Assembly (NCBI GenBank): GCA_963667175.2
Contig: CAXXXF010000007.1
Location: 1-64,000, forward strand
From: Candidatus Latescibacterota bacterium
GTDB taxonomy: Bacteria; Latescibacterota; UBA2968; GCA-2709665
Direction: 5' to 3'
DNA length: 64,000 nucleotides
This document shows, one piece after another, positions 49,144 through 59,518 of the stretch (its first letter is position 1; each line of letters opens with the position of its first letter). The translations under genes and the position numbers were made by a program. Below the pieces are notes generated by a model. That model made no database searches, had not been told where the DNA came from, and worked only from the letters and a program-made list of their open reading frames with translations.

Positions 49144-51986
49144 CAGCCCCGGCCCTCCTCTTTCCATTGGCGGATTTCGTCTTGCGTGACTGGCCTCATC
49201 TCGCGTTGGCGTTCACTTGATTCGTTAAGCGCTTTTTTCCACAACAACGCGCCGAAAGTCCGGTGCTCGTCAGAGAACTCTGACTGGTTTATCCTCGTGT
49301 ATTTCCAGGCCTTTCCAGTGGCTTCGCTTACCCGCTTGCACCAATCCCTTGCAGCGTCGTCTTTTCGTTCAGTCCCTGGCCACTCACGGCCCTTGGTTTC
49401 GACAATCCAACTGACTTCGCCGCCCCCGACTTTCTGGACCACCACCCAATCGGGGAAATAGAAGCCGATTGCCCCACTCTTCTTCAGGTAATCGATCCTA
49501 AACGTGGATGCGGAACTCCCCTGTTCTGTGGTACCGAGCGCAGCGAAACGTGTGACGTCTCCAGCGCGGTCCAGGAAAACTGCGAATTCGCGCTCAAAGT
49601 GGTTGTACGTAGCCACGAGATTGAAGATAGTCTTCCTTGCCTCCATTAGTGGCAGATTTCTTTTCCAACCAAAGCGTTTCGTCATAGATAGTCGGAAATC
49701 CTCTTTTTCAAATGTTACCGCACGCCGCTCAATGGATAGTTCCCCGATCTTGCCCGCGATGTACGTGGCGATACTTTCTTGTAACTCCAATCTCGCTAGA
49801 TGGGAGCGGACATTATTATCCGTCAGTTCGATCTTGCGTCCAAAACATCGGTTTGAAACATAATTCTGTACGATAGGGTAAATTTCCGCGAAACAGTTGG
49901 TAAGGTTAGCGCGGTCAGCGGTCTTGTTGGCGATACTCGCCAAGAGTTCACGGGCTGAATTTGGTTCTACAGCAATGTCCGCCTGATGTACCTCCGTCTC
50001 GGTAGTAGCAAATTCCATTCTCAGGCGTATCCGGTATGCTTCGGATAGTTCTTGCCTCTGGTGAATTGCCTCAAGTAAATGAACTTTCAGCGCGGACACC
50101 TTCCGAAAATCATGGGTTAGAGTTGGCTTTGTGATCGGTATGGCGATGTCGTAATTCAGCCGTTCAAGCACGGGTTCGATGTAGACTGGCAACGGCGGGT
50201 TCTTTTTGGTGGTTACGACTCCTACCCCCTCCACTTCGAGTTGATGACGCAAGACGTTGAGCAGGTTGCGCGTGCCAAGCACTTCGAGTGTCTGGGTCTG
50301 GTCGGGGCTTATTTGCGTCATTAGCCGAAGTCCGCGACCGATGGCCTGTTCGGGAAGGATCTCAGCCGTCGCGGTGAATGGGCGTAAACCGAGAACTACC
50401 GTCACGTTCCGCACGTTCCATCCCTCGCGCAACATCATCACACTGACGATTACCTTAATTCTGCTCTCGGGCTTATCGATATCCCGCGCCGCTTTACGTG
50501 CTTTCTCAATGTCTCCTCTTCGAATTTCCCCAGTGTTGTCAGTGTGGATAACGAGCACTTCGGATTCCTTGAATCCGAATTCCTCCGTTTTGCACAGGTA
50601 CTCTCCCATTACATCAGCATGGGCGTTTTTCTCAGCCATAACAAAAAGCACTGGCCTCATGTTGAGTTTCCTATAAATCCGCCAGTGTTCCTTCCAACGC
50701 TGGACGGCGGCTCTTAACCAATATCCGTATTTCTCCACGACGTTTTTCTTATTGACGCTGTTGGGGTCTTCTGCAGGTTGATCTGGATCATCTTCTTTGC
50801 TGACGATGATGGGCGCCTTGACGATCCTATCCTCCACGGCCTGCGCCAATGGATAGTCCACGACTGTCCATGGGAAGTACATCCCGTTCTGGTCCTTGGG
50901 TGTGGCAGAAAAGTCGAGCCACATGCTGAGGCCCCGTGGCAACTTATCGTTAATGGATAGAAGCGATTGGCTCCAGGTTAGATCTTCCCTATGGACATGG
51001 TGCGCTTCGTCATTTAGTACGACGAGGTCCGGAAGTGACTTTACGCGATCCAACATTGAACGATGACCGGATGCCGCGAGGTCTTGTACGGGTTTCTTGC
51101 CCAGCATGAATTCAGCGGCGTTTTGCGGAGTCGGCCTCTTGTAGCGAGATTCGTAGAGTTGATGAATATTGGTGAGAAACAGATTCCCGGAAGGGTCGGG
51201 CTCAGCGGCTTCACCACGCAGGATCACCTTTTGAGAGAAAGTGCCATACCATTCCGGAGGTATTAACGGCAGTTCGTGGAATACCTGGTTGTTTGCAAAG
51301 TCCTTCTCCAACCGCTGGTAGACAATGACGTTAGGCGCCACGATGAGGAAGTTTGTGGAGAGCTCCGATCCTGGAACTAACTGCTTATGGAAGCGCGACC
51401 AAACAACTGCCATCGCCATCGCCCACGTCTTGCCGGAACCCGTGGCCATCTTGAAGGCAAATCGCCGGAGATTATCGGGCGGTAGGTCCTGTTCGCCGAC
51501 GCCATTCAGTTCCGGAACATATCGGCGAATCCGTCTTATTCCATTCGGTGTTGTTCTAAACTCGAGGTTCATCGATAGGAGGTCTTTTCGCTGAATCGAG
51601 CCTTGGGCCTTAATGAGAGCTTGAACATCGAGCTGACCCGCTATTTCCACCAACCAGACCAGTGTTTCTATAGCTTCCCTTTGGCAGAAGTAGTACCGAA
51701 ATGGAACGTCAAATCCGTCGACAATGTGGTCCTCGTCGAACCAAAATTCGAACAGGCGTCGCGTAACATCCGATGCCCCCTCATATCCCCCATTGCGCCA
51801 CGCATCAACTGCCTCGCGAACCTTCGGCACCAAAAGAAGATTACTTGGACGCCTTCCCGAACAATCCTCTCGCCATCCGGTTGGCACTTCGTCATCTCTG
51901 ACGAGGTAGGATGTTGGCCTTTCCCATGGACGCCGGTGTCGGATTTCGGGTAAATCGTCGTCGTATCTGATAACGGCTTTGGCCAT
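49143..51986 (-). CDS. res: type III restriction enzyme Res-like SF2 helicase-nuclease
   Basis: KMATGSGKT, NDEAHH, FSATP, MLREGWNV, EQAIGRGLR, PD..VETKG. Confidence 0.9.
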   Translation of the reverse strand: MAKAVIRYDDDLPEIRHRRPWERPTSYLVRDDEVPTGWREDCSGRRPSNLLLVPKVREAVDAWRNGGYEGASDVTRRLFEFWFDEDHIVDGFDVPFRYYFCQREAIETLVWLVEIAGQLDVQALIKAQGSIQRKDLLSMNLEFRTTPNGIRRIRRYVPELNGVGEQDLPPDNLRRFAFKMATGSGKTWAMAMAVVWSRFHKQLVPGSELSTNFLIVAPNVIVYQRLEKDFANNQVFHELPLIPPEWYGTFSQKVILRGEAAEPDPSGNLFLTNIHQLYESRYKRPTPQNAAEFMLGKKPVQDLAASGHRSMLDRVKSLPDLVVLNDEAHHVHREDLTWSQSLLSINDKLPRGLSMWLDFSATPKDQNGMYFPWTVVDYPLAQAVEDRIVKAPIIVSKEDDPDQPAEDPNSVNKKNVVEKYGYWLRAAVQRWKEHWRIYRKLNMRPVLFVMAEKNAHADVMGEYLCKTEEFGFKESEVLVIHTDNTGEIRRGDIEKARKAARDIDKPESRIKVIVSVMMLREGWNVRNVTVVLGLRPFTATAEILPEQAIGRGLRLMTQISPDQTQTLEVLGTRNLLNVLRHQLEVEGVGVVTTKKNPPLPVYIEPVLERLNYDIAIPITKPTLTHDFRKVSALKVHLLEAIHQRQELSEAYRIRLRMEFATTETEVHQADIAVEPNSARELLASIANKTADRANLTNCFAEIYPIVQNYVSNRCFGRKIELTDNNVRSHLARLELQESIATYIAGKIGELSIERRAVTFEKEDFRLSMTKRFGWKRNLPLMEARKTIFNLVATYNHFEREFAVFLDRAGDVTRFAALGTTEQGSSASTFRIDYLKKSGAIGFYFPDWVVVQKVGGGEVSWIVETKGREWPGTERKDDAARDWCKRVSEATGKAWKYTRINQSEFSDEHRTFGALLWKKALNESSERQREMRPVTQDEIRQWKEEGRG

Positions 51987-51988
51987 TC

Positions 51989-54049
51989 CTATTCCACCTC
52001 AATATCCATCGCTTGGGAAGTGTCGTTACCGAATATATCTATCACTTTGACTAAGATCCTATACTTACCTGGCGATTCATATTTGTGAGAATCGCTTGTC
52101 AGCGCGAGCGTTCGATCATTACGGGTCCGATAAGCCACCCATCCCTGCATAAAGGAGTCGTTACGGAAGTCCCAGTCCACCGCCCAATAGTCGATGTAGT
52201 CGGACCACTTCGTAACCTTTTCCCGCACTTCGTCAGGGATGAGTTCCGAATTCGGAATAACAAAATCGTCCAGCTTCACCCCAATTGTCTGCTTTGTCGG
52301 CTTAACGATGACTGCATTTAGATATGCGAGCTCGAAGAAGCGCACATCGTTCCTGTCCACAGCCTGCTGTTCCATCACTTCCCGAGGAATCTGCAGGAGA
52401 ATAAGCTTTACGCCTCTTGCTCTAGCAACGTTGTGCATCAACCCTCCGCTACGCACGCTGTTCTGCCCCGCAAGACCCATCTCCCACTCCCAGCCGAGTA
52501 CATGAAGTTCCCCCTGCCTTAATCGGATGCACTCGTCAAGTCCGTGTTGTATCTCGTCGATGGTAACGGGCGCCTCGACGGCGCCTATATGCACTAGGGC
52601 CTTTCCTTTCTTCCCGTGCAGATGTACCGATCCCGAAATCGGCTGAGCGCCGTAAAGCTTAAGGATGAAAGCCAAATATTCATACAATGCACGCTCACTT
52701 ATCACCCTATTCGACTTTTCGCCAAAGGTCATACCTTGCCAGTACTGGCGTTCGTATTTACCCAGATTCAGAACCTCAAAAGGCTGGCAATTCTGTATAC
52801 CCTGTAGCCGCTTTCGTGTGACATGCATAGCCCAGCGACCGAGATCACATCCGATCCATCGTCGGCCGAGTTTTTCGGCGATGGCTAGTGTTGTACCGGA
52901 ACCGCAAAAAAAGTCTGCGACAATGTCGTTAGGTCGACTGATCCATTCAACAATCCGAGTTAACAGCTGCTCGTGTTTTTGAGTCGCGTAGTCCTTGAGA
53001 TTCTCATATGTCTTTATGTCATCCCAAACTGTGTCTCCGACTTTATCGTTACGAGGTGGAAACCAATTTTCTACAGTTCCAGTTGAAGATTTCCGGATAA
53101 ATTCCAGCGTGCGACCCGTATCCCGCCAATATTCGACCAATGACCGATCGCGCCTATCTCTTAGGAACTGGTTGTAGTTTTCTACTGCGCGTAGCGCTCT
53201 CTTTTTTTGCCATTTCCACTGTCCATGGGTCGGTGTCTCCGAAAGCAATTTATACCTCATACTAGGCCGGTTAGCACCGCTCCAGAATCGATGCCAATAT
53301 CCGTCGGGTGTCGGGCTTTCGTAAGGAACCAACAGGTTTGGGACCCTTGTACTAGATTGTGCAGAGTACCAAAGCAACACATCATGACCTTGTGGTAACG
53401 ACGAAATGACATTGAACTGTCTTTGTAGATTTTTCGTTATGGGTCTGTGAAGCACTATTTCATTTCTGAAATTGTCGGCTCCGAAAATTTCATCTAACAT
53501 CAGCCTTAGGTATGGGCTTACATTTGGCGCCACGTGAACAAACAGGTGGCTCGCCGGTGACATTAAGGATTTTATCAGTTTCAAACGCTCGTTCATCATC
53601 GCCATGTAGCTGATTAGTCCCTGTCCCCATGTATCGCGGTAAGCTTTATCCTCGACAACTGATGCCGCCTTCTCAACTCTGAGATCTTCGTCACCAACCT
53701 TTGTCGAGAATGAGAAATCCGCCCCAGTTGCAAACGGCGGATCGATGTAAATCAGATCGACCTTTCCCGAAAACCTCGCAAGTAGCGAACCCATCACCAG
53801 CAGGTTATCGCCCCAGATGAGCTTGTTTTTCCAGCCATCTTCAAACGTGTCCCCCTCCTTACCGTCGTAAATGTCAAAAAGGGAACTCTGAACCCCTTCC
53901 TTTTTTGCTTCGCGTGTGGCGCGGCTTTCGTTGACAGTCTCGATCACCTGGAAGGGTAGATTGACTCGCGGAACTTCCCTTAGAGTTCCATCTTCGTTGT
54001 ACTTGCCGGGCCAGACTAACTCAGTCCTCGCAATGTCATTCTTTGCCAT
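51989..54049 (-). CDS. mod: type III Mod-like adenine DNA methyltransferase
   Basis: WGDNL, IYIDPPF, TQKHEQLL, DFFCGSGTT (beta-class order). Confidence 0.92.
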   Translation of the reverse strand: MAKNDIARTELVWPGKYNEDGTLREVPRVNLPFQVIETVNESRATREAKKEGVQSSLFDIYDGKEGDTFEDGWKNKLIWGDNLLVMGSLLARFSGKVDLIYIDPPFATGADFSFSTKVGDEDLRVEKAASVVEDKAYRDTWGQGLISYMAMMNERLKLIKSLMSPASHLFVHVAPNVSPYLRLMLDEIFGADNFRNEIVLHRPITKNLQRQFNVISSLPQGHDVLLWYSAQSSTRVPNLLVPYESPTPDGYWHRFWSGANRPSMRYKLLSETPTHGQWKWQKKRALRAVENYNQFLRDRRDRSLVEYWRDTGRTLEFIRKSSTGTVENWFPPRNDKVGDTVWDDIKTYENLKDYATQKHEQLLTRIVEWISRPNDIVADFFCGSGTTLAIAEKLGRRWIGCDLGRWAMHVTRKRLQGIQNCQPFEVLNLGKYERQYWQGMTFGEKSNRVISERALYEYLAFILKLYGAQPISGSVHLHGKKGKALVHIGAVEAPVTIDEIQHGLDECIRLRQGELHVLGWEWEMGLAGQNSVRSGGLMHNVARARGVKLILLQIPREVMEQQAVDRNDVRFFELAYLNAVIVKPTKQTIGVKLDDFVIPNSELIPDEVREKVTKWSDYIDYWAVDWDFRNDSFMQGWVAYRTRNDRTLALTSDSHKYESPGKYRILVKVIDIFGNDTSQAMDIEVE

Positions 54050-54114
54050 AATGGTGTTCCTCTTATGCACCAAAGAGAAGAGACCGATTGTTTGGGAATC
54101 TATTCCGTCCCGTA

Positions 54115-56979
54115 TCAATTGGCCACTTCTGATCTTTCGATTACGCCTTCCGAATGGCACAGCATCCGCAGGTCGCACTCCTGGCAGATTTTCGCCTCGG
54201 GTGGCGTTTCGACCGCGAACTGTCCTGTCTGAATTCGATGAACCGTCTCGTCGAAGTGCCGTCCCGCCTTTTCCACGGATTCCGGTCGGTACGGCAGGAC
54301 CATCAACGCTTGTTCCTTCTGTTCCTCAGCGGTCCAATAAAGGAGCAGACGGTCAACGTGTTTTCCGTGTCGCTGCTCCAGAATGTGCGCATACGTACAG
54401 AGTTGCCGTTTGTACGCCGAGATAAGCTCGGTGGAGTTCGTCGGACGTGGGGACGTCTTGAAATCAAGCAGTTCCAGCTTTCCGTCGCCGCCGAGCAACA
54501 GGTCCACTTTTCCGGTCAGGATGTATCCGTCCTTCTCGAGCGAGACGTCCACCTCAGTCTCAACGATCCGGTTCATTGCCTCCTGATTCTGTTGAAAATA
54601 GTTGATTACCTGGGTGAATGCCAGTTCTTTTGCTTTTTCGCCGATCGGACGCCTGCCGGAATGGTGCAGAAACCGGAACGTCCGCTCAAACAACACCTGT
54701 ATGTGTTCCTCGTTCAGCGTATCAAGCTGCCCGTCGAGCGCGAATCTGTGGATGTCCTCAATTGTCTGATGGACGAGCAGTCCGAAGTACATCTCGGCGG
54801 AACGTGAGGGGGTAAAGTCGTATTCGCGGAAGAATTGGTATTGACGAGGGCAGGTTTCGTAAACCTTCAGGTCGCCGGTGAAGCTGTAGGTCTTTTTCAC
54901 CGGCATCCGCTCCTGAGGTTCGAAGGACTGAGCGGCCAGCGTTTCCCTCCGGACGTACGGCCATTGCGGGAGCCCCTGCCAGATTGACGCGAAGTAACCC
55001 TTCGGCTGATCGTGGGCTGTAAGTACGAGCAACTTCTGCGGCCTCGAAAATGCCACGTAATGCAATCGCATCCGATCGAAGAGGGTGATCCGTTCCTCGG
55101 GCTCGAAGGGCGGGCGGTGATAGAATTGCCCGAGATGGCGGTCGATTTGCTTTGGGCTGCTAAGAGATACGGTAAGCGACCCAACCACGACCACGGGAAA
55201 CTCCAGCCCCTTCGCCTGATGGATGGTCATGACCTGAACGTGGCCCCTTGGGAACGGCCGGTCCGGATCCTCGTATTCGTTGATGCCGCCGGCGTATAGG
55301 AACCGTAAGAAGCTGCTGAAAAAGTGAAAGCGGATATACTCGCGATTCCTGTGCGTAATCACCGAGTAGTGGTAGTAGGTTTGAAAGACATTCAGCAGCT
55401 CAGAAAAAATGGCCAGGTTGCGGGCGATGTTTTCGTCGCGAACGGCACTCCTGAACGGTTCAAACGCGAGCAATCGGTAGAAATAATCAGCGGGACGCAG
55501 GTCGAGCGTCTCTCCCTCCTGAAGTGCGGCCATTTCATCTGTCCATCGTCTGAGGGCTGCGGACAGCGGGTGCGGAGGAGCGCAGTTTTCACTGAGCTCG
55601 ACAATGGCCTCGTCCACATACGTAGCGAGTTGCTTTACCACACCGGCGATTTCCCCACGCTGATCCCCATACCAACCGAACAGGACGGCATAACAGGCGA
55701 CAAGATCGCGAATCACCGGAATTTCGAAAAAGGCGCGTGCCCTTGGACAGAACGCCGGGATTCCCTTGCGCTCGAGCGCATCCGTATAGGGTCCACTGTG
55801 TTCTACGCGTACGCTATGTAGCAATAAGGCAACTTGACTGTAGTCTGAAATAATGCCGTTCACTTTCAGGAAATCGACCATGTCAGCAAATCGGTCGGCT
55901 TCATCAGTACTGTCGCTGCCCCATATGCTGATAACGGAAGGGTAATCCGGGTGCGTCCCTTCAGCGTCTGCGACGATCGTCTTGTCGTGACGGTACGATC
56001 CCCCATCCCGGTTGGACCAATCGCTTGAGGCCATCCAGCGGTCGTAGCGTTCCACAATCGCACTGTGGGACCGGTAATTGGTTGTCAGCCGTGCGATCCG
56101 GCAATCCCCGACGTTGTCCGCGAACTCCAGGATGTTGCGTACGGTCGCGCCCCTGAAGCGATAGATGCTCTGGTCCTCGTCTCCAACGACGCACAGATTT
56201 TTCTCGGTTCCCGCCAACTTGAGGAGAAGCTGTTCCTGGATGTAATTCGTGTCCTGGTATTCGTCTACCAGAAGATACCGCACGTCCGGAGCCACAGCTT
56301 CCGCTTGTGGGTCTTGCTCTAACAGCCCGTAAACATGCCTTTGCAGGTGGGCGAAATCGACCCGGTTGCCCGCCGATAGGGCCCGCACATAACGTTGATA
56401 GGCGGAACCGATCGCCGCGACGAACGAGTCGTCGGATGCTGCAAGTCGGCAAGGATCGACCAGTTCTTCCGTGATCTTGTCAAAAAAGCCGCGTGCGCCC
56501 TGAATCGCCGTCCAGCGCGTCGTCCAACGCGTGAGGAACTTGCCGTCTTCGGAAGGACCGATAATCTCGTCAAAGTGTTCAAATATGAACAGCAGTTGTG
56601 TCAACTCGTCCAGCGTTTCGTAGTTGTGTCCGAGCGCCGTGCGGTGCCGGTGTTGGGAAAGCACGCGGTCGCAGAATCCGTGGATGGTGGAAACTGTGAG
56701 CTCAGAAAGGTCTACGTCGAATCGAACCGTGCGAGCGGCTGCCGCCAGCCGGTCCCGCATTTCAAAGGCGGCCTTTTCGGTGAAGGTGCACAACACGATC
56801 TCCTTCGGCTCAGCCTTTCCCAACATCAATAGATTCAATGCCCGCAGGACGATGCTGAACGTCTTGCCGGAGCCCGGTCCCGCAATCACGAGCAACGGGC
56901 CGTCCAGATGGCCAACGACTTCCCGCTGACTGTGCGTGAGTTCCGGATAGTGCCTCAGTATGGCCGGCGTAATATTCAC
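54115..56979 (-). CDS. UvrD/REP helicase fused to PD-(D/E)xK (Cas4/AddB-like) nuclease
   Basis: AGPGSGKT, VDEYQD, GDEDQSIYRFRGA, TIHQAKGLEF; CPRQY..GKVDL..DFKT..CQEC..C. Confidence 0.9.
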   Translation of the reverse strand: MNITPAILRHYPELTHSQREVVGHLDGPLLVIAGPGSGKTFSIVLRALNLLMLGKAEPKEIVLCTFTEKAAFEMRDRLAAAARTVRFDVDLSELTVSTIHGFCDRVLSQHRHRTALGHNYETLDELTQLLFIFEHFDEIIGPSEDGKFLTRWTTRWTAIQGARGFFDKITEELVDPCRLAASDDSFVAAIGSAYQRYVRALSAGNRVDFAHLQRHVYGLLEQDPQAEAVAPDVRYLLVDEYQDTNYIQEQLLLKLAGTEKNLCVVGDEDQSIYRFRGATVRNILEFADNVGDCRIARLTTNYRSHSAIVERYDRWMASSDWSNRDGGSYRHDKTIVADAEGTHPDYPSVISIWGSDSTDEADRFADMVDFLKVNGIISDYSQVALLLHSVRVEHSGPYTDALERKGIPAFCPRARAFFEIPVIRDLVACYAVLFGWYGDQRGEIAGVVKQLATYVDEAIVELSENCAPPHPLSAALRRWTDEMAALQEGETLDLRPADYFYRLLAFEPFRSAVRDENIARNLAIFSELLNVFQTYYHYSVITHRNREYIRFHFFSSFLRFLYAGGINEYEDPDRPFPRGHVQVMTIHQAKGLEFPVVVVGSLTVSLSSPKQIDRHLGQFYHRPPFEPEERITLFDRMRLHYVAFSRPQKLLVLTAHDQPKGYFASIWQGLPQWPYVRRETLAAQSFEPQERMPVKKTYSFTGDLKVYETCPRQYQFFREYDFTPSRSAEMYFGLLVHQTIEDIHRFALDGQLDTLNEEHIQVLFERTFRFLHHSGRRPIGEKAKELAFTQVINYFQQNQEAMNRIVETEVDVSLEKDGYILTGKVDLLLGGDGKLELLDFKTSPRPTNSTELISAYKRQLCTYAHILEQRHGKHVDRLLLYWTAEEQKEQALMVLPYRPESVEKAGRHFDETVHRIQTGQFAVETPPEAKICQECDLRMLCHSEGVIERSEVAN

Positions 56980-57665
56980 AGAAGTCCTGCATTCCTGAAG
57001 CTGAAGGTCTCCGAGGCGGAAACGATCAGATGGTCGACGACCCGAAGGCTGATGGTTTCAGCTGCGAGTGAAATTGCGCGTGTTACCAATTTGTCGTGCT
57101 CGCTCGGCTCAAGGTTCCCGTTCGGATGGTTGTGCGCGAGCACCACCGCCGCTGCCTCGCGCCGGAGCGCCGCCTCAACGACGCGGCGCGGATATACCGC
57201 CGCCCTGTCAATCGTGCCTTGCTGGAGCGTTTCAACGCCGTCGCGAAGCAACCGATGCGCCGTGTCGAGGTACGCGACGGCGAACACTTCGTGTTTCAAG
57301 TGGCCGATCTCCATCCGCCAGAAGTCGCTCAATTTTTCGGGTTCATTGAGAACCTGCGTTTCCTCGGAAGTCTCAAGCAGGTAGCGTGTTGCGGCTTCGC
57401 GGATCACCTTCAGCGAGACCGCGGCAACCTCGCCGATGCCCTTTACAGACTGTAACTCGGCCGGCGGGGCATCGAGGATGCCGCGCAAGCTGCCGAAGCG
57501 CTTGAGCAGCGCCTTTGCCTGCTGCTTCACGTCGGAACGAGGAATCGCCAGCGTCAACAACAACTCAACGCACTCATGCTCGGCGAATCCGGAAAAACCG
57601 GACTTGAGAAAACGTTCGCGAAGGCGCTTCCGGTGGCCATGGTAATGTGGGTCTATCGTCGCCAT
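56976..57665 (-). CDS. radC: RadC/JAB-domain protein
   Basis: GHRKRLRERF, HhH KGIG, AHNHPNGNLEPSEHD, DHLIV. Confidence 0.93.
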   Translation of the reverse strand: MATIDPHYHGHRKRLRERFLKSGFSGFAEHECVELLLTLAIPRSDVKQQAKALLKRFGSLRGILDAPPAELQSVKGIGEVAAVSLKVIREAATRYLLETSEETQVLNEPEKLSDFWRMEIGHLKHEVFAVAYLDTAHRLLRDGVETLQQGTIDRAAVYPRRVVEAALRREAAAVVLAHNHPNGNLEPSEHDKLVTRAISLAAETISLRVVDHLIVSASETFSFRNAGLL

Positions 57666-57777
57666 ATTCCTGTGTGTTGTATCGGTTCAGTTGTTCACGC
57701 CGGGCGAACTCTCAGAGAATTTGTAGACGTCACGGGATCTTCGTCGGTGGCGCCAACTATAAAATACAACAGGAGTT

Positions 57778-58473
57778 TTATACAGGCATCCACCTGGTCG
57801 ATCGATAGATCCTACTTCCATTAATTTCCTCCGATAACTCCAACTCCCACATACTACTTCCATTGTCTCCATACTTGATCGATTTGTGCAATCTTCGGTA
57901 TACTTCCTCCGTAACTCGGGACGGGTAGTCTGGTGCAAGTGAACAGAGTTTCGATGCATGGTTTGCCGCGGGTCCGATCCAGACCAGATCGTTTGATCCT
58001 CGGCTTCCTGTTCGTGCGACAAACAGATCGCTAGTATCTATCCCCACGACCTGTCTGATCCGATAGTCCACATTTGGATAATACTTGTCCAATAGGGGAT
58101 TGATGATCTTGCAGACCGTGTAGTTTATCTTCAATGCCGAACGAGCGGCGGACGTATTTTTCGAGTCGCCAATATATACAGCCATTACACGATCCCCGTC
58201 ATAGGAAGTTATAACACCGCTCTCCGAACGTATCACCTTAGCAGCACAACCAAGGTATGCCTTATATATTACAGCCGCGAATTCTGGCTTATAGGCATCT
58301 ACAAGGTGGGTAGAATCATCGAGATCCGCATAGAGTACCGTACCTTCTAACTTTACGGCGTGATTACCCATCCCCAAATCTTCAGATTCCGGTACCTCAT
58401 TCCCGTCACGGACAGACCATACGTCCTTAAACGACTTCTCGACAGCTTCGGAATAATCCTCATGTAATCCCAT
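57778..58473 (-). CDS. pycC: Pycsar pyrimidine cyclase (class III nucleotide cyclase)
   Basis: VLYADLDDST, YDGDRVMAV, VGID, DLVWIGPAANHASKL; adjacent to a cNMP-TIR effector. Confidence 0.85.
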   Translation of the reverse strand: MGLHEDYSEAVEKSFKDVWSVRDGNEVPESEDLGMGNHAVKLEGTVLYADLDDSTHLVDAYKPEFAAVIYKAYLGCAAKVIRSESGVITSYDGDRVMAVYIGDSKNTSAARSALKINYTVCKIINPLLDKYYPNVDYRIRQVVGIDTSDLFVARTGSRGSNDLVWIGPAANHASKLCSLAPDYPSRVTEEVYRRLHKSIKYGDNGSSMWELELSEEINGSRIYRSTRWMPV

Positions 58474-58499
58474 TTGAACAACCCTCACTTTACGGAATT

Positions 58500-59408
58500 T
58501 TACTTTACACCAGCTTTGTTAATTGCACGGCGAAGGCTATCGCATACTGGTCCCAGCAATCCAGGGAGATCATCGGAATTCCCAGTTTTGTAATCCAAGG
58601 GAATGAGACCCAGTAAATCTGCCGGGACCTTTACTTTGCGTCCACGAGGAACAATCATGAAGGTTCGACGATGTGACAATGCACCCATGAATAGTCCCAA
58701 CTCAAAGATCACATTGTCGCGCGGGGCGTCAGTTCTCTCGCTACGGCTGATCACTTGATCGTCAGGTCCAAGAATCAATGCCGCGAAGTCGGCTTCCTGA
58801 ACCTGTTTTTCAAGTTCGGCAATCGGAAACCGAGAAGCCCCGAATACGCTGTCGGTCCATAGTCGTATGATAAGATCATCGTGATCCAAATTGGATTGGA
58901 TCGTCTGTGCGATAGGTAATGACTCAACTGAAGATCCCAAAAACAACACAGGGCGCGGATTCTTGGAAACAACCAGCTTGTTTCTTTCCCTCAGCCGCTC
59001 ACCAATCTCCATGGCAATCAGCTGCCAGACCCTCGGGTATCTATCTGCCAATGGGCGAAAGGATGCCTCCGAGACTTTGGCGACAACCGTTCGTTCAATT
59101 GCGATGATAGATGCCGAACGCCTGGCTGACGGGTCAATTAATGCCATTTCACCTACATGCTGTCCCGATGCCCTTATCGCTACCTCACGTCCGCCAACGA
59201 CAACTGAAAGTCTCCCTGCCAGGATAAGATAAATGTCATCATCTGCTTCATCCTGACGGATTAACTCGTCACCGGGTTCAAACTGAACAATCTCTGCCTG
59301 GTCAGCCAATTCCTTTGATAAGGCTTCGTTGTCATGGATGATAACCTGTTTACGTAACGCCGAAATCAGTCGATGACGACCCTGGCATCCACGAAATCTG
59401 TTAATCAT
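58500..59408 (-). CDS. pycTIR: Pycsar effector: cNMP-binding domain + TIR
   Basis: GEMAL..RSAS cNMP-binding motif; FLGSSVE...PRDNVIFELGLFMG TIR domain. Confidence 0.88.
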   Translation of the reverse strand: MINRFRGCQGRHRLISALRKQVIIHDNEALSKELADQAEIVQFEPGDELIRQDEADDDIYLILAGRLSVVVGGREVAIRASGQHVGEMALIDPSARRSASIIAIERTVVAKVSEASFRPLADRYPRVWQLIAMEIGERLRERNKLVVSKNPRPVLFLGSSVESLPIAQTIQSNLDHDDLIIRLWTDSVFGASRFPIAELEKQVQEADFAALILGPDDQVISRSERTDAPRDNVIFELGLFMGALSHRRTFMIVPRGRKVKVPADLLGLIPLDYKTGNSDDLPGLLGPVCDSLRRAINKAGVK

Positions 59409-59518
59409 TCCTATCCCTTATCGAATTCCGAAAAATTCAACGACTCTGATTGCGGGCCAGATTTGTCAAAAATAACGGAGTTTAGACCTATTACGGTGAG
59501 CATTTTATAGATTACATC

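Noticed and set aside
58500-59408. CBASS or Thoeris TIR
   Set aside because: TIR is fused to a cNMP-binding domain and the neighbour is a class III cyclase, not a CD-NTase
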